From an uncultured bacterium (GTDB lineage: Bacteria > Patescibacteriota > Dojkabacteria > SC72), in the NCBI GenBank assembly GCA_903906305.1, contig CAIVJR010000005.1, positions 83,667 through 147,666 on the forward strand: DNA of 64,000 nt. Direction: 5' to 3'. The notes under the pieces are model-generated. The model was not told the origin of the DNA. It searched no databases and saw only the letters and a list, made by a program, of their open reading frames with translations. Positions 56,106 to 64,000 of the stretch are shown one piece after another. The position numbers and the translations under genes were made by a program. How positions within the stretch are numbered: the first letter of the stretch is position 1; every line of letters begins with the position of its first letter.

Positions 56106-57131
56106 ATGTTTAATCCCCAATATACAATTACAAACAAGCTCGCTACCAACATGCGAAAGGTTGGGGAGATTATTGGATTTCTTAATTCTCAAGCACTTTC
56201 TGATACCGTCCTTATGACCATGACCTCTGAAGCAAGAGCTTTGTCCTCATTCTCCTCAACTCAGATAGAGGGGAACCCCCTACCACTTACCGATGTAAAA
56301 AGAATTATTAAGTCTCAACCAGCAATAATTAAAGATACAGAGAGAGAGGTTCTGAACTACAATAAAGCGATATTAGTTCTAGATAAACAGATCAAAGATG
56401 GTGGTATTGGAAAACTTTCAAATCCATTCATATGTAATATCCAAAAAATAGTCATAGATGGACTTCTAAGTAATTCATACAAAGGTAAGTACAGGAATGA
56501 ACCTGTTTTTGTAAATGATCCAGTGAAGAGGGAGACTGTATATCTGCCTCCCGATGCAAATGATGTAGAACCTCTCATGACTGATCTAATTAACTTTGTT
56601 AATTCTCAAGAGAAAGAGATCGATCCTTTAATTATAGCTGGGATATTTCATAGGCAAGCGGTGATTATCCACCCATTCATGGATGGAAATGGTAGAACTA
56701 CAAGATTAATTACAAAGACTTTACTAGCTAAACTAGGCATAAATACATTTCCTCTTTTTAGTTTTGAAAACTATTACAACAGTAATGTAACCCGGTATTT
56801 TGAAAAGGTTGGGGTATTAGGAAACTATTACGATATAGTGGATCAAATTGATTTTACAGAATGGTTAGAATATTTTACAGAAGGTATCCTAGATGAATTG
56901 AACCGAGTAATATCAAAATTCCCACAGTACATGGAGAGGTTAGAACCACATCATAAAAAAATTCTTGAATATATTCATGAACACGGGTCAATCACAACTA
57001 GAGAATACGCTCAGATTACATCAAGAGCCAAAGCAACAAGAATTCAAGATTTTAAAAAGCTTACTGATATGGGGTTGATTAAGTCTGTAGGTATAGGCAA
57101 AGCTACCTACTACATTCTTAAAACTGAATAG
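56106..57131 (+). CDS. Fic/DOC family protein (class II, N-terminal inhibitory motif) with C-terminal wHTH
   Basis: Fic motif HPFMDGNGRTTR. Upstream auto-inhibitory-type motif STQIEGN ([ST]xxxE[GN]). C-terminal HTH-like GSITTREYAQITSRAKATRIQDFKKL. The ATGs at 56100 and 56106 are both possible; the track start at 56022 overlaps the divergent gene. Confidence 0.85.
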   Translation: MFNPQYTITNKLATNMRKVGEIIGFLNSQALSDTVLMTMTSEARALSSFSSTQIEGNPLPLTDVKRIIKSQPAIIKDTEREVLNYNKAILVLDKQIKDGGIGKLSNPFICNIQKIVIDGLLSNSYKGKYRNEPVFVNDPVKRETVYLPPDANDVEPLMTDLINFVNSQEKEIDPLIIAGIFHRQAVIIHPFMDGNGRTTRLITKTLLAKLGINTFPLFSFENYYNSNVTRYFEKVGVLGNYYDIVDQIDFTEWLEYFTEGILDELNRVISKFPQYMERLEPHHKKILEYIHEHGSITTREYAQITSRAKATRIQDFKKLTDMGLIKSVGIGKATYYILKTE

Positions 57132-57137
57132 TTATTT

Positions 57138-60100
57138 CTATAACGACCTGTTATATGTAATCGCAATATCACCTATCCTCACATAGTTATCACTCAATGA
57201 CGACATCCTCATTATGAATACGCATGTATCTCCTGCCACTGCACATTCATTTAGATCTGTTCCTGCAATAGTACTTGATGTCCAAACTCCTGCGGAGGAT
57301 GATACTCCTGCTGCAAATGTTCCATCAACTGTTACAGAATCTTCCTTGTAGATATACATATCAACCTTATTGTTGGTATCACTTGTTGATTCTGTAGTAT
57401 AGTTAAGTTTTACTCCTCCAGTGCTACCCCATCCATTGAAATCGGATGGTAATGTAAATCTTACACGTAAGTCATAGTCGTTTAAGGAAAGAGCTGCACT
57501 ACTCCATTCATAATAGTTCATGGAGTTAGATGATGATCCTGTATTGTCAGAGGTCATTGCCCCTACGTTATCTGTCCCATCTCCTGAGAGTACGGCACCT
57601 GCATATTCTGCAGAGAGTGTAACCTTTCTTGCAATATCACCTAATGGCATCCATTCTATACCATCGTTTGAGAATTCTATCGTATTATCGGTTGCATTAT
57701 ATCTTATACTCCCCTGGTCTCCTGTTGTTCCTAGGGTTATGCTTCCTCCTGCAATAGCGACATCCCCTGCTAAGGTCATATCTCCTTCTGAACTTACTAC
57801 CATCATATCTACACTATTGGTTTGTAGTTTGAGGAGATTTCCTCCTGTCCCCATCTTGTTTACCCATATACTATTCGTATTGTTTCCCCCATCTATCTGA
57901 GCTGCATTAGGTGCAATGTTTACTGAATATTCACTGGTTCTTAAATCAATTGCTGCACTTCCTAATATCACATCTAATTTAAGTTTCTGTGCTTTTCCAC
58001 TGTTGTTGTACAGTCTTACGGTATTTGCATCTGTTATCTGGATCTTGAATCCGGATGAATATGTAAAGGTAATATTCTCTAACTGTGGTTGGTAACTTAG
58101 GTTTGTGGTTGTAAAGATTACTCTGTACTGCATATATGCATTTGGTGTACTTGCTACTGGACTTCCTGTATTTGTAGAAAGTAGTTTCTCTGCTTCTACA
58201 TTGTCTAAGTAGATGGTATTACTGCTTGTAGAGAAGTTGGTTAATCGTATCTTGGTTATGGCATCTCTACTACCTACTGCTATATCTGATATATCCCAAT
58301 ATATCTTCTGCCATACATTGGCTGTATCGATTGTAATATCTTCGTACTGATCTGCTCCTGTGCTTTCTCCCATCCCTATTCTTATGGTATTACCTGCTTG
58401 GGAGGCTCTTACCCAAAGGGTTACATAGTCGTAGTTGGTTAGGTTAGCTGCAGCTATGGTTGATTCCATATATCCTCCATTGGTACTGCTAGTTACCTTA
58501 GTTAGGTTAGTACCTAGTGGTTCTACCTCATCTTCAAAACCATATATTGATGGCCGTGTTATATCTCCTTCCGCTACTGTTGCATTGGTTCCTGTCCAAT
58601 CTGTATGGGTATCGGCTCCTTGCAGTGTTGTGTAGTTAGTACCTGAAGTACTTGGTTTCCACGATTCCCATGTTCCATCGGTTGGATCATTGGTTGCTCC
58701 ACTTCTGGTTTGTACAGATATTTTTCCATATGTATTTAATGATGCATCCCACTTTAGGTTGTCATATGATTGGGCATTGGTTGTAGATACTACAGGACTA
58801 TTATATATTCCATATGGGGTTTGGTTTCTATATCGAACTATAACAACACCCGAACCGCCAGCTCCTGCACCACCATATCCATTGCTTCCACCTCCTCCAC
58901 CACCAGTATTTGCAGTTCCTGGATAGCCAACATACATACCTCCATCTCCACCTCCTCCTACGCCACCAGCTCCTCCACTACCTGTTGTATCTGCACCACC
59001 ACCACCTCCTCCTGCATAATAGGTTGAAATTCCCGAAATACTGTATGCTGATCCTGCACCACCAGCACCACTATGTGTAGTACTTGCAGGCAAGTATCCT
59101 CCACCGGCTGCACCACCTCCACCAGAGCTAGGATATGGAGCAGCGATAACATTTGTATTTCCTCCTGCATATCCCTGACCTGCCGTACCAGTTCCACCAT
59201 TGGCAGGATTAACTGTTGATGTTCTACCACCACCACCACCGGAGCCACCATTTTGAGCAGCCTCTGGACCCGTCGTGTCATTAGTACCACCTCTACCACC
59301 ACCTATGGCAGTTAGAGAACCAAAAACAGAATTACCACCTTGAGTTGGTGAAGCTCCACCCGCACCTCCAGCTCCTACAGTTACTGTTATTGGAGATGCC
59401 GTCGTTGCTGCATATGAAGCATTGTATAACAAACCACCAGCACCACCACCTCCAGCTTTTCCACCACCACCACCTGCTACTACCAATACTTCTACATTAG
59501 CTGTAGTTGTTGGTGTAAATGTTCCAGAAGATGTAAATGTATGAACTGTATATCCACCTGGATATGGCATAGTAGTTCTAGGATTTAATCCATTGGTATC
59601 TGTATATGTTATTGTTCCCCCTATTCCGATCACTGCAGGATTTAGATTACTTGCGTTTATGCTTGTCCTAATAACTCCACCTGCAGCCGCATCACTCCAT
59701 TGATTAGAAAGATTCTGTGTTACATTGTTATCTGCCCCCGTTACTTCTACCCATTTGTTTAATGTTGTATCAAATACCCATCCATTAGCTACTAGATTGT
59801 ATGTATTTTGACCATGTACTACCTCTAAGTAACTACCATTAGCTATAACATCGTTTGAGTTAGTAAATAGTCCATTTACTGAAGCATCATCTAATTCCAT
59901 CTGCGACAGTCCCCATTTAGATATATATATTGCTGTTTTGTTAGATGATCCTCTAGCTATCTCAAATTTTACCTTGTAGTTCTTGTCTGATGTTGGGAAT
60001 ATGAATGAATATTCATATTCTGGTAATGATCCCAACGTATTCGTTTGTATGAGTGTTCCTGTTACATAGTTAGCACCGTTATCATTTGATGCAGAGACTG

Positions 60101-63100
60101 TGATACTACTTGATGGATCACTTCCATCTATACTTGCAGTCATCCATAGGAAGGCTCGGTTGGTACTTTCTGCGAAGGTTGTTACATTAGAATAGTATGT
60201 TCCTGTACTGTTATTTCCATTAGAATCTACTCCCATTAAGGCTCCACTACTTCCAATATCTCCTGCGAATACAGGATAGTATCTACCCGATAGTGTTTCG
60301 ATGTTGTTTGTACTTGTACTTGGATCTGTTGCTGTAGTATATGCATTTAATCTTGTACTTGATGTTAGATCTATTTTAGATATTCCTCCTCCTTCTGTTC
60401 CTACATACATGTATTTACTATCTGGGGTTACTAGTATGTCTCTAATATCATTGCTTGTTCCACTTAATTGGTTGTATGTATCTGCAGATGTATGTGAGCC
60501 TTTGAGAGCTCTAAGACCATCTTCATATTGTGATTTGATTTGAGCAGAAGTTAATACAGTGCCAGTTACCATTGGTTCATCTATTATTCCTGCAAAGTAT
60601 ACGCTTGGAGTTCCAAGGGAGATACGACTTCCAATGGTAAAACGTTCCGTATTATCTATAAATGCAGCAGCGGGGACACCAGTTTGAGATGCTACTTCTA
60701 CTCCATTTACATACAATCTCATTACCGACCCATCATAGCTACCAACAACATTGTACCAAGTATTTGCGGTTGGAATAGCACCCGTAGCAGTTACAGTATA
60801 GCTGGTCCCATTGTATGTTGTGAATGCTAAATTCTGGCCGGAAGTATAGAACTGGTATGTATAATATGGAGCAGTTCCTCCATCACCCTTCCCAAGGATC
60901 TGCTTCGTACCCGCAACATTTGCGGGGTTTATCCAAGCAGAAACAGTAACATTTCCAGTGATATCTGTCTTTGTTACTCCTCCGCATGTGGCATCAGTAC
61001 AGTATAGATATTCATCTGTTCCATTGAAGTCTACTGCCTTACCTCTTACTCCAGAGACTGCGTCATTGCTATCTATATTTACTGCTGTTAATGCATTTGC
61101 CTTTGTGGATACATCTTCATTATCTGCACTTGTATTATCATAATTTAATGGCCACATTCCTCTAATATCCCCTACCATTTGTTCAGAGATATAGTCTTTG
61201 GTATAGTATTTTACAGAGCCCGTAGCTTCAACTGAACCATCTGCTAGATTACCTTTTCCCTGTACCTCTTGAATTACAGAAACACCTGCGGCAGTACCAA
61301 CATAAAGAGTATTTGATTTCCCGTCTACTATAGAGGTTCCTTCTGTAACCCTTAAGTTCTTAATTTGGTTGACGCTTGTAACTCCTAATATCGCCAACTT
61401 CCAAGCACTAGCTCCTTGGAAATAGTAACCGTTATTTTGTACAGTCCAAGTAGCGTCAGAGGATATAGATGCAGGATTATAGTAGGAATATAAAGCACTG
61501 TTATTTCCTGTATCGTCATTTCCAGCAATATATAAAACATTATTACTTGTCAAAACAGCCTTGCTTGTCCAGAGGACATTGGCATGCTGAGTCCCATTCC
61601 AAACATCTGCCTTTGTACCTTGTGTCTTATTTATAACCGTAACCGCCCCATCCACTCCCGTATCCCCTGTAGCCACAGCTACAAATTGTTTTGGAGATAC
61701 AGTACCTGTAGCGGTCCACGTATAACAATAATTATAAGAAGACGAGTAAAGATAAGTAGCATTAGCACTCCCCATATCTGCTTCAAAATTAGTGTTTGTC
61801 CTACCAACTCTAGGTTGCGCAGAAGACGCTTCAAAAAACCAATCAACACAATCGGCTTGGCTACTTGGGACACCACTAGAAGTAGCTCTCCTACCAACAT
61901 GACTCATGGTAACAATAGGCGTATTGTCAAATTTATATGGGAAGTTTACGAATTCTGCTATATCTTGCGAGTTATCTCCTTGTATATATCCCCACCCACT
62001 CACAGTCATCTCTTGTGTAGGTTGATTTGGTATAACAGCAGCAGAAACATCATTAACCTCATTGCTAATAATAGATACAGACGTATTAACAAGTGTATAG
62101 CCACTTCCAATATCTCTTCCACCAATACCTGTGCTTCCGCTAAACCTATATGTTCCACCATTAGAAATATCTATAGCAGAATCATTAACAAAGCTAATCT
62201 CTTGATATCCATTATCAGCAGCACTTGTATTACTTACAACATATAATTGCCCATTTAGTACATCCATTGCATTTATAGTTCTACCCGTATTTGCACTTAA
62301 CATCTTACCTCCAGCATAAGCAGCATTATTTGAAGCAAACTTCATCCATACTCTTTGAGTATCTACATCAACAATAGTTACATAGATATATGAAGCATCA
62401 GTACTACCAATGATTACAGATCTCTCTGGGAACTCCCTCTTACTACCCCTGTCATTAGCAGTAGTAGGCTCTATAATCCAGCTTGCAATTCTAAACTTGT
62501 CCCCATTCTTGTAATCACTTCTTACAGGCTTAACGGTTATACTGCTCCCGGAGCAGCTTCCTGATACAAATGCATACGAAGAACCAAATGCAAGATTAGC
62601 ACCAGAAGCCGTACAAGTACCATCTGAAGAAACAATATTAGCAGTAATACCCGTTGTAGTAGTACCAGTAATAGTCAAATCAATATATCCATGTTCAGAA
62701 CCAGTACCATATACACCGGATACACCAATTAAACTACCATTGTAGGAAGTAGTAAGATTAGAGGTTGTTTGAAGTGATACACCCTTGTACCAATTAGGAT
62801 CTACACCAACATCTACTAATGTCTCTGGAGTAGAATCTTGATCCTGTAGTCCAGATTGAGTTCTGTCATAGTACTTACTAGTTAGGAGTGTAGCTGTAGC
62901 AGAACCTAGATATCTGTTACCTGCAATATCCAACATACTGCTATCTATGGTTATTCCACCCCACACACCAGCCTTTTTAGCATCAGAGTCCACACCAATG
63001 GTTGAGTTAGTACTATCAATCTTCAGTGAATCTACAAAGTTATCAAACATTACTGTCTGAGATTGATTACTCTCTAAGTATCCTCTTCTCTCAGCATCTG

Positions 63101-64000
63101 ACATTGCTGTGTAATCATTTGCTAACTGATTGTAGATATCTCTGTATACGTTTTCATCATAGCTGACATTGAGATACATATCTGCGGTTACTTTGTTCTG
63201 TGCATCAAATACCATCTTTACATATCCAGAACCTGCATCAGCTATTGATGTAACAACACCTAACAATCCATTGGTTTGGGTTGTCCCAGAAGATGAATGA
63301 CCTTGTCCTGCTACTGTAGAGGAGTAAATATAGTCGCCACGAGAACTAGAGGCTGCATTATCTAGATTTACATCTACTACACCTTCAAATGCTACTAAGC
63401 ACGCATCTCCGTTGTCACATACTCCATCTTTATCTACATCTCCATTTAGTTCCACTCCTTGTACAACTCCTAGCGCTCCTTGGAGGCCTGGCACTGTGGT
63501 TGTAGTGAATGCTCCATTAGTAGATGAGTCTACAGTGACTAACGATCTTTCAGTTACTATACCTCCTGAGTTATTTATCAATACTGCTCCTAGACCCTTT
63601 CCTGAGGTTATGGTTCCTGATACATACAGGTTTCCATCTGCATCTAGGTACATCTTTTCTACACTGTTATTCATCACAGAGAGTAGCTTTGATGATGGGT
63701 TAGTAAATGCTGTAGAAGTATTGAATTGGAATGCGATTGCATCTTCACCATCTGCTACATGCGATACTGCTAAGCCATTTACAAAACCACCACCACTACT
63801 TCCAGCTCCTGTAGATGCTACTACTTCTAGTCTTAAATATTCATTCCCTCCAGAGTAGTTATACAGCCTTACGTTATTGGCGTCATACATAACTATTCTG
63901 TATCCACTGTTGTATGCAAGAGAAATACTTTCTAACTGTGGTTGATATGACAGATTTGTTGTTGTAAAGATTACTCTGTACTGTAAGTATTGATTTGGGG
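57138..64000 (-). CDS. giant surface/secreted protein 2 (over 2287 aa; N-terminus outside window) with LamG and glycine-rich modules
   Basis: Hand translation shows the frame stays open upstream of the track start (63890) to the window edge: ...PNQYLQYRVIFTTTNLSYQPQLESISLAYNSGYRIVMYDANNVRLYN... It has a LamG module (GKAVDFNGTDEYLYC...WYNVVGSYDGSVMRLYVNGVEVAS...YFAGIIDEP) and a Gly-rich module. Confidence 0.8.
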   Translation of the reverse strand, partial: PNQYLQYRVIFTTTNLSYQPQLESISLAYNSGYRIVMYDANNVRLYNYSGGNEYLRLEVVASTGAGSSGGGFVNGLAVSHVADGEDAIAFQFNTSTAFTNPSSKLLSVMNNSVEKMYLDADGNLYVSGTITSGKGLGAVLINNSGGIVTERSLVTVDSSTNGAFTTTTVPGLQGALGVVQGVELNGDVDKDGVCDNGDACLVAFEGVVDVNLDNAASSSRGDYIYSSTVAGQGHSSSGTTQTNGLLGVVTSIADAGSGYVKMVFDAQNKVTADMYLNVSYDENVYRDIYNQLANDYTAMSDAERRGYLESNQSQTVMFDNFVDSLKIDSTNSTIGVDSDAKKAGVWGGITIDSSMLDIAGNRYLGSATATLLTSKYYDRTQSGLQDQDSTPETLVDVGVDPNWYKGVSLQTTSNLTTSYNGSLIGVSGVYGTGSEHGYIDLTITGTTTTGITANIVSSDGTCTASGANLAFGSSYAFVSGSCSGSSITVKPVRSDYKNGDKFRIASWIIEPTTANDRGSKREFPERSVIIGSTDASYIYVTIVDVDTQRVWMKFASNNAAYAGGKMLSANTGRTINAMDVLNGQLYVVSNTSAADNGYQEISFVNDSAIDISNGGTYRFSGSTGIGGRDIGSGYTLVNTSVSIISNEVNDVSAAVIPNQPTQEMTVSGWGYIQGDNSQDIAEFVNFPYKFDNTPIVTMSHVGRRATSSGVPSSQADCVDWFFEASSAQPRVGRTNTNFEADMGSANATYLYSSSYNYCYTWTATGTVSPKQFVAVATGDTGVDGAVTVINKTQGTKADVWNGTQHANVLWTSKAVLTSNNVLYIAGNDDTGNNSALYSYYNPASISSDATWTVQNNGYYFQGASAWKLAILGVTSVNQIKNLRVTEGTSIVDGKSNTLYVGTAAGVSVIQEVQGKGNLADGSVEATGSVKYYTKDYISEQMVGDIRGMWPLNYDNTSADNEDVSTKANALTAVNIDSNDAVSGVRGKAVDFNGTDEYLYCTDATCGGVTKTDITGNVTVSAWINPANVAGTKQILGKGDGGTAPYYTYQFYTSGQNLAFTTYNGTSYTVTATGAIPTANTWYNVVGSYDGSVMRLYVNGVEVASQTGVPAAAFIDNTERFTIGSRISLGTPSVYFAGIIDEPMVTGTVLTSAQIKSQYEDGLRALKGSHTSADTYNQLSGTSNDIRDILVTPDSKYMYVGTEGGGISKIDLTSSTRLNAYTTATDPSTSTNNIETLSGRYYPVFAGDIGSSGALMGVDSNGNNSTGTYYSNVTTFAESTNRAFLWMTASIDGSDPSSSITVSASNDNGANYVTGTLIQTNTLGSLPEYEYSFIFPTSDKNYKVKFEIARGSSNKTAIYISKWGLSQMELDDASVNGLFTNSNDVIANGSYLEVVHGQNTYNLVANGWVFDTTLNKWVEVTGADNNVTQNLSNQWSDAAAGGVIRTSINASNLNPAVIGIGGTITYTDTNGLNPRTTMPYPGGYTVHTFTSSGTFTPTTTANVEVLVVAGGGGGKAGGGGAGGLLYNASYAATTASPITVTVGAGGAGGASPTQGGNSVFGSLTAIGGGRGGTNDTTGPEAAQNGGSGGGGGRTSTVNPANGGTGTAGQGYAGGNTNVIAAPYPSSGGGGAAGGGYLPASTTHSGAGGAGSAYSISGISTYYAGGGGGGADTTGSGGAGGVGGGGDGGMYVGYPGTANTGGGGGGSNGYGGAGAGGSGVVIVRYRNQTPYGIYNSPVVSTTNAQSYDNLKWDASLNTYGKISVQTRSGATNDPTDGTWESWKPSTSGTNYTTLQGADTHTDWTGTNATVAEGDITRPSIYGFEDEVEPLGTNLTKVTSSTNGGYMESTIAAANLTNYDYVTLWVRASQAGNTIRIGMGESTGADQYEDITIDTANVWQKIYWDISDIAVGSRDAITKIRLTNFSTSSNTIYLDNVEAEKLLSTNTGSPVASTPNAYMQYRVIFTTTNLSYQPQLENITFTYSSGFKIQITDANTVRLYNNSGKAQKLKLDVILGSAAIDLRTSEYSVNIAPNAAQIDGGNNTNSIWVNKMGTGGNLLKLQTNSVDMMVVSSEGDMTLAGDVAIAGGSITLGTTGDQGSIRYNATDNTIEFSNDGIEWMPLGDIARKVTLSAEYAGAVLSGDGTDNVGAMTSDNTGSSSNSMNYYEWSSAALSLNDYDLRVRFTLPSDFNGWGSTGGVKLNYTTESTSDTNNKVDMYIYKEDSVTVDGTFAAGVSSSAGVWTSSTIAGTDLNECAVAGDTCVFIMRMSSLSDNYVRIGDIAITYNRSL
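58824..59621 (-). repeat. glycine-rich module in giant protein 2
   Basis: GGTITYTDTNG...GGYTVHTFTSSGTFTPTTTANVEVLVVAGGGGGKAGGGGAGGLLYN...GSGVVIVRYRN. Confidence 0.7.

Noticed and set aside
63888-63890. Met given by the ORF track as the start of the 2250-aa protein
   Set aside because: The frame stays open upstream to the window edge, and the upstream residues continue a repeat motif. The Met is internal, not an initiation site.
48164-64000. Possible CRISPR-like or satellite periodicity in the ACCACCACC-rich stretches
   Set aside because: The periodicity is codon-level (GGN Gly codons on the coding strand) inside long ORFs. There is no repeat-spacer organisation and there are no cas genes.

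Overview
AT-rich, very gene-dense bacterial window of about 60 protein genes and 9 tRNAs, read with the standard genetic code. The content suggests a Candidate Phyla Radiation / Patescibacteria-type genome, though this is inference from the gene set only. That set is a reduced housekeeping complement, a form II/III-like RuBisCO, DNA-uptake genes, many ORFans and giant LamG/glycine-rich surface proteins.

Gene order, left to right:
- radC, topA, dprA, then mrdA-mreD-mreC-mreB on the minus strand.
- rpmB, an M50 protease, an SDR and a TrmB-type regulator.
- The ancient tRNA-Thr/Tyr/Thr ... rpmG-tRNA-Trp-secE-nusG-rplKA-rplJL block. Lineage-specific genes are inserted into it, and tuf and rpoBC are missing.
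- A five-gene 7TM + four-ATP-grasp-ligase operon with a fused retropepsin-like protease.
- A convergent operon: trpS, a second MreB paralog, a DUF1704/MATCAP-like carboxypeptidase, a methyltransferase-like protein and an orphan 7TM histidine kinase.
- A PEGA protein, uvrA, proS (broken by one in-frame TAA), RuBisCO, rlmN, lexA with two small divergent genes, and argS flanked by tRNA-Pro and two tRNA-Arg.
- A split comEC, comEA and a membrane-anchored cyclophilin.
- Two giant minus-strand genes (2624 aa and more than 2287 aa; the second runs off the window) with a Fic gene between them on the opposite strand.

The candidates most worth follow-up are the ATP-grasp/retropepsin/7TM operon and its back-to-back MreB-paralog/MATCAP-like operon. 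After those come the giant surface-protein pair, the ORFan cassettes inside the ribosomal-protein cluster, and the in-frame stop in proS. No CRISPR array, rRNA, transposase or integrase was seen.
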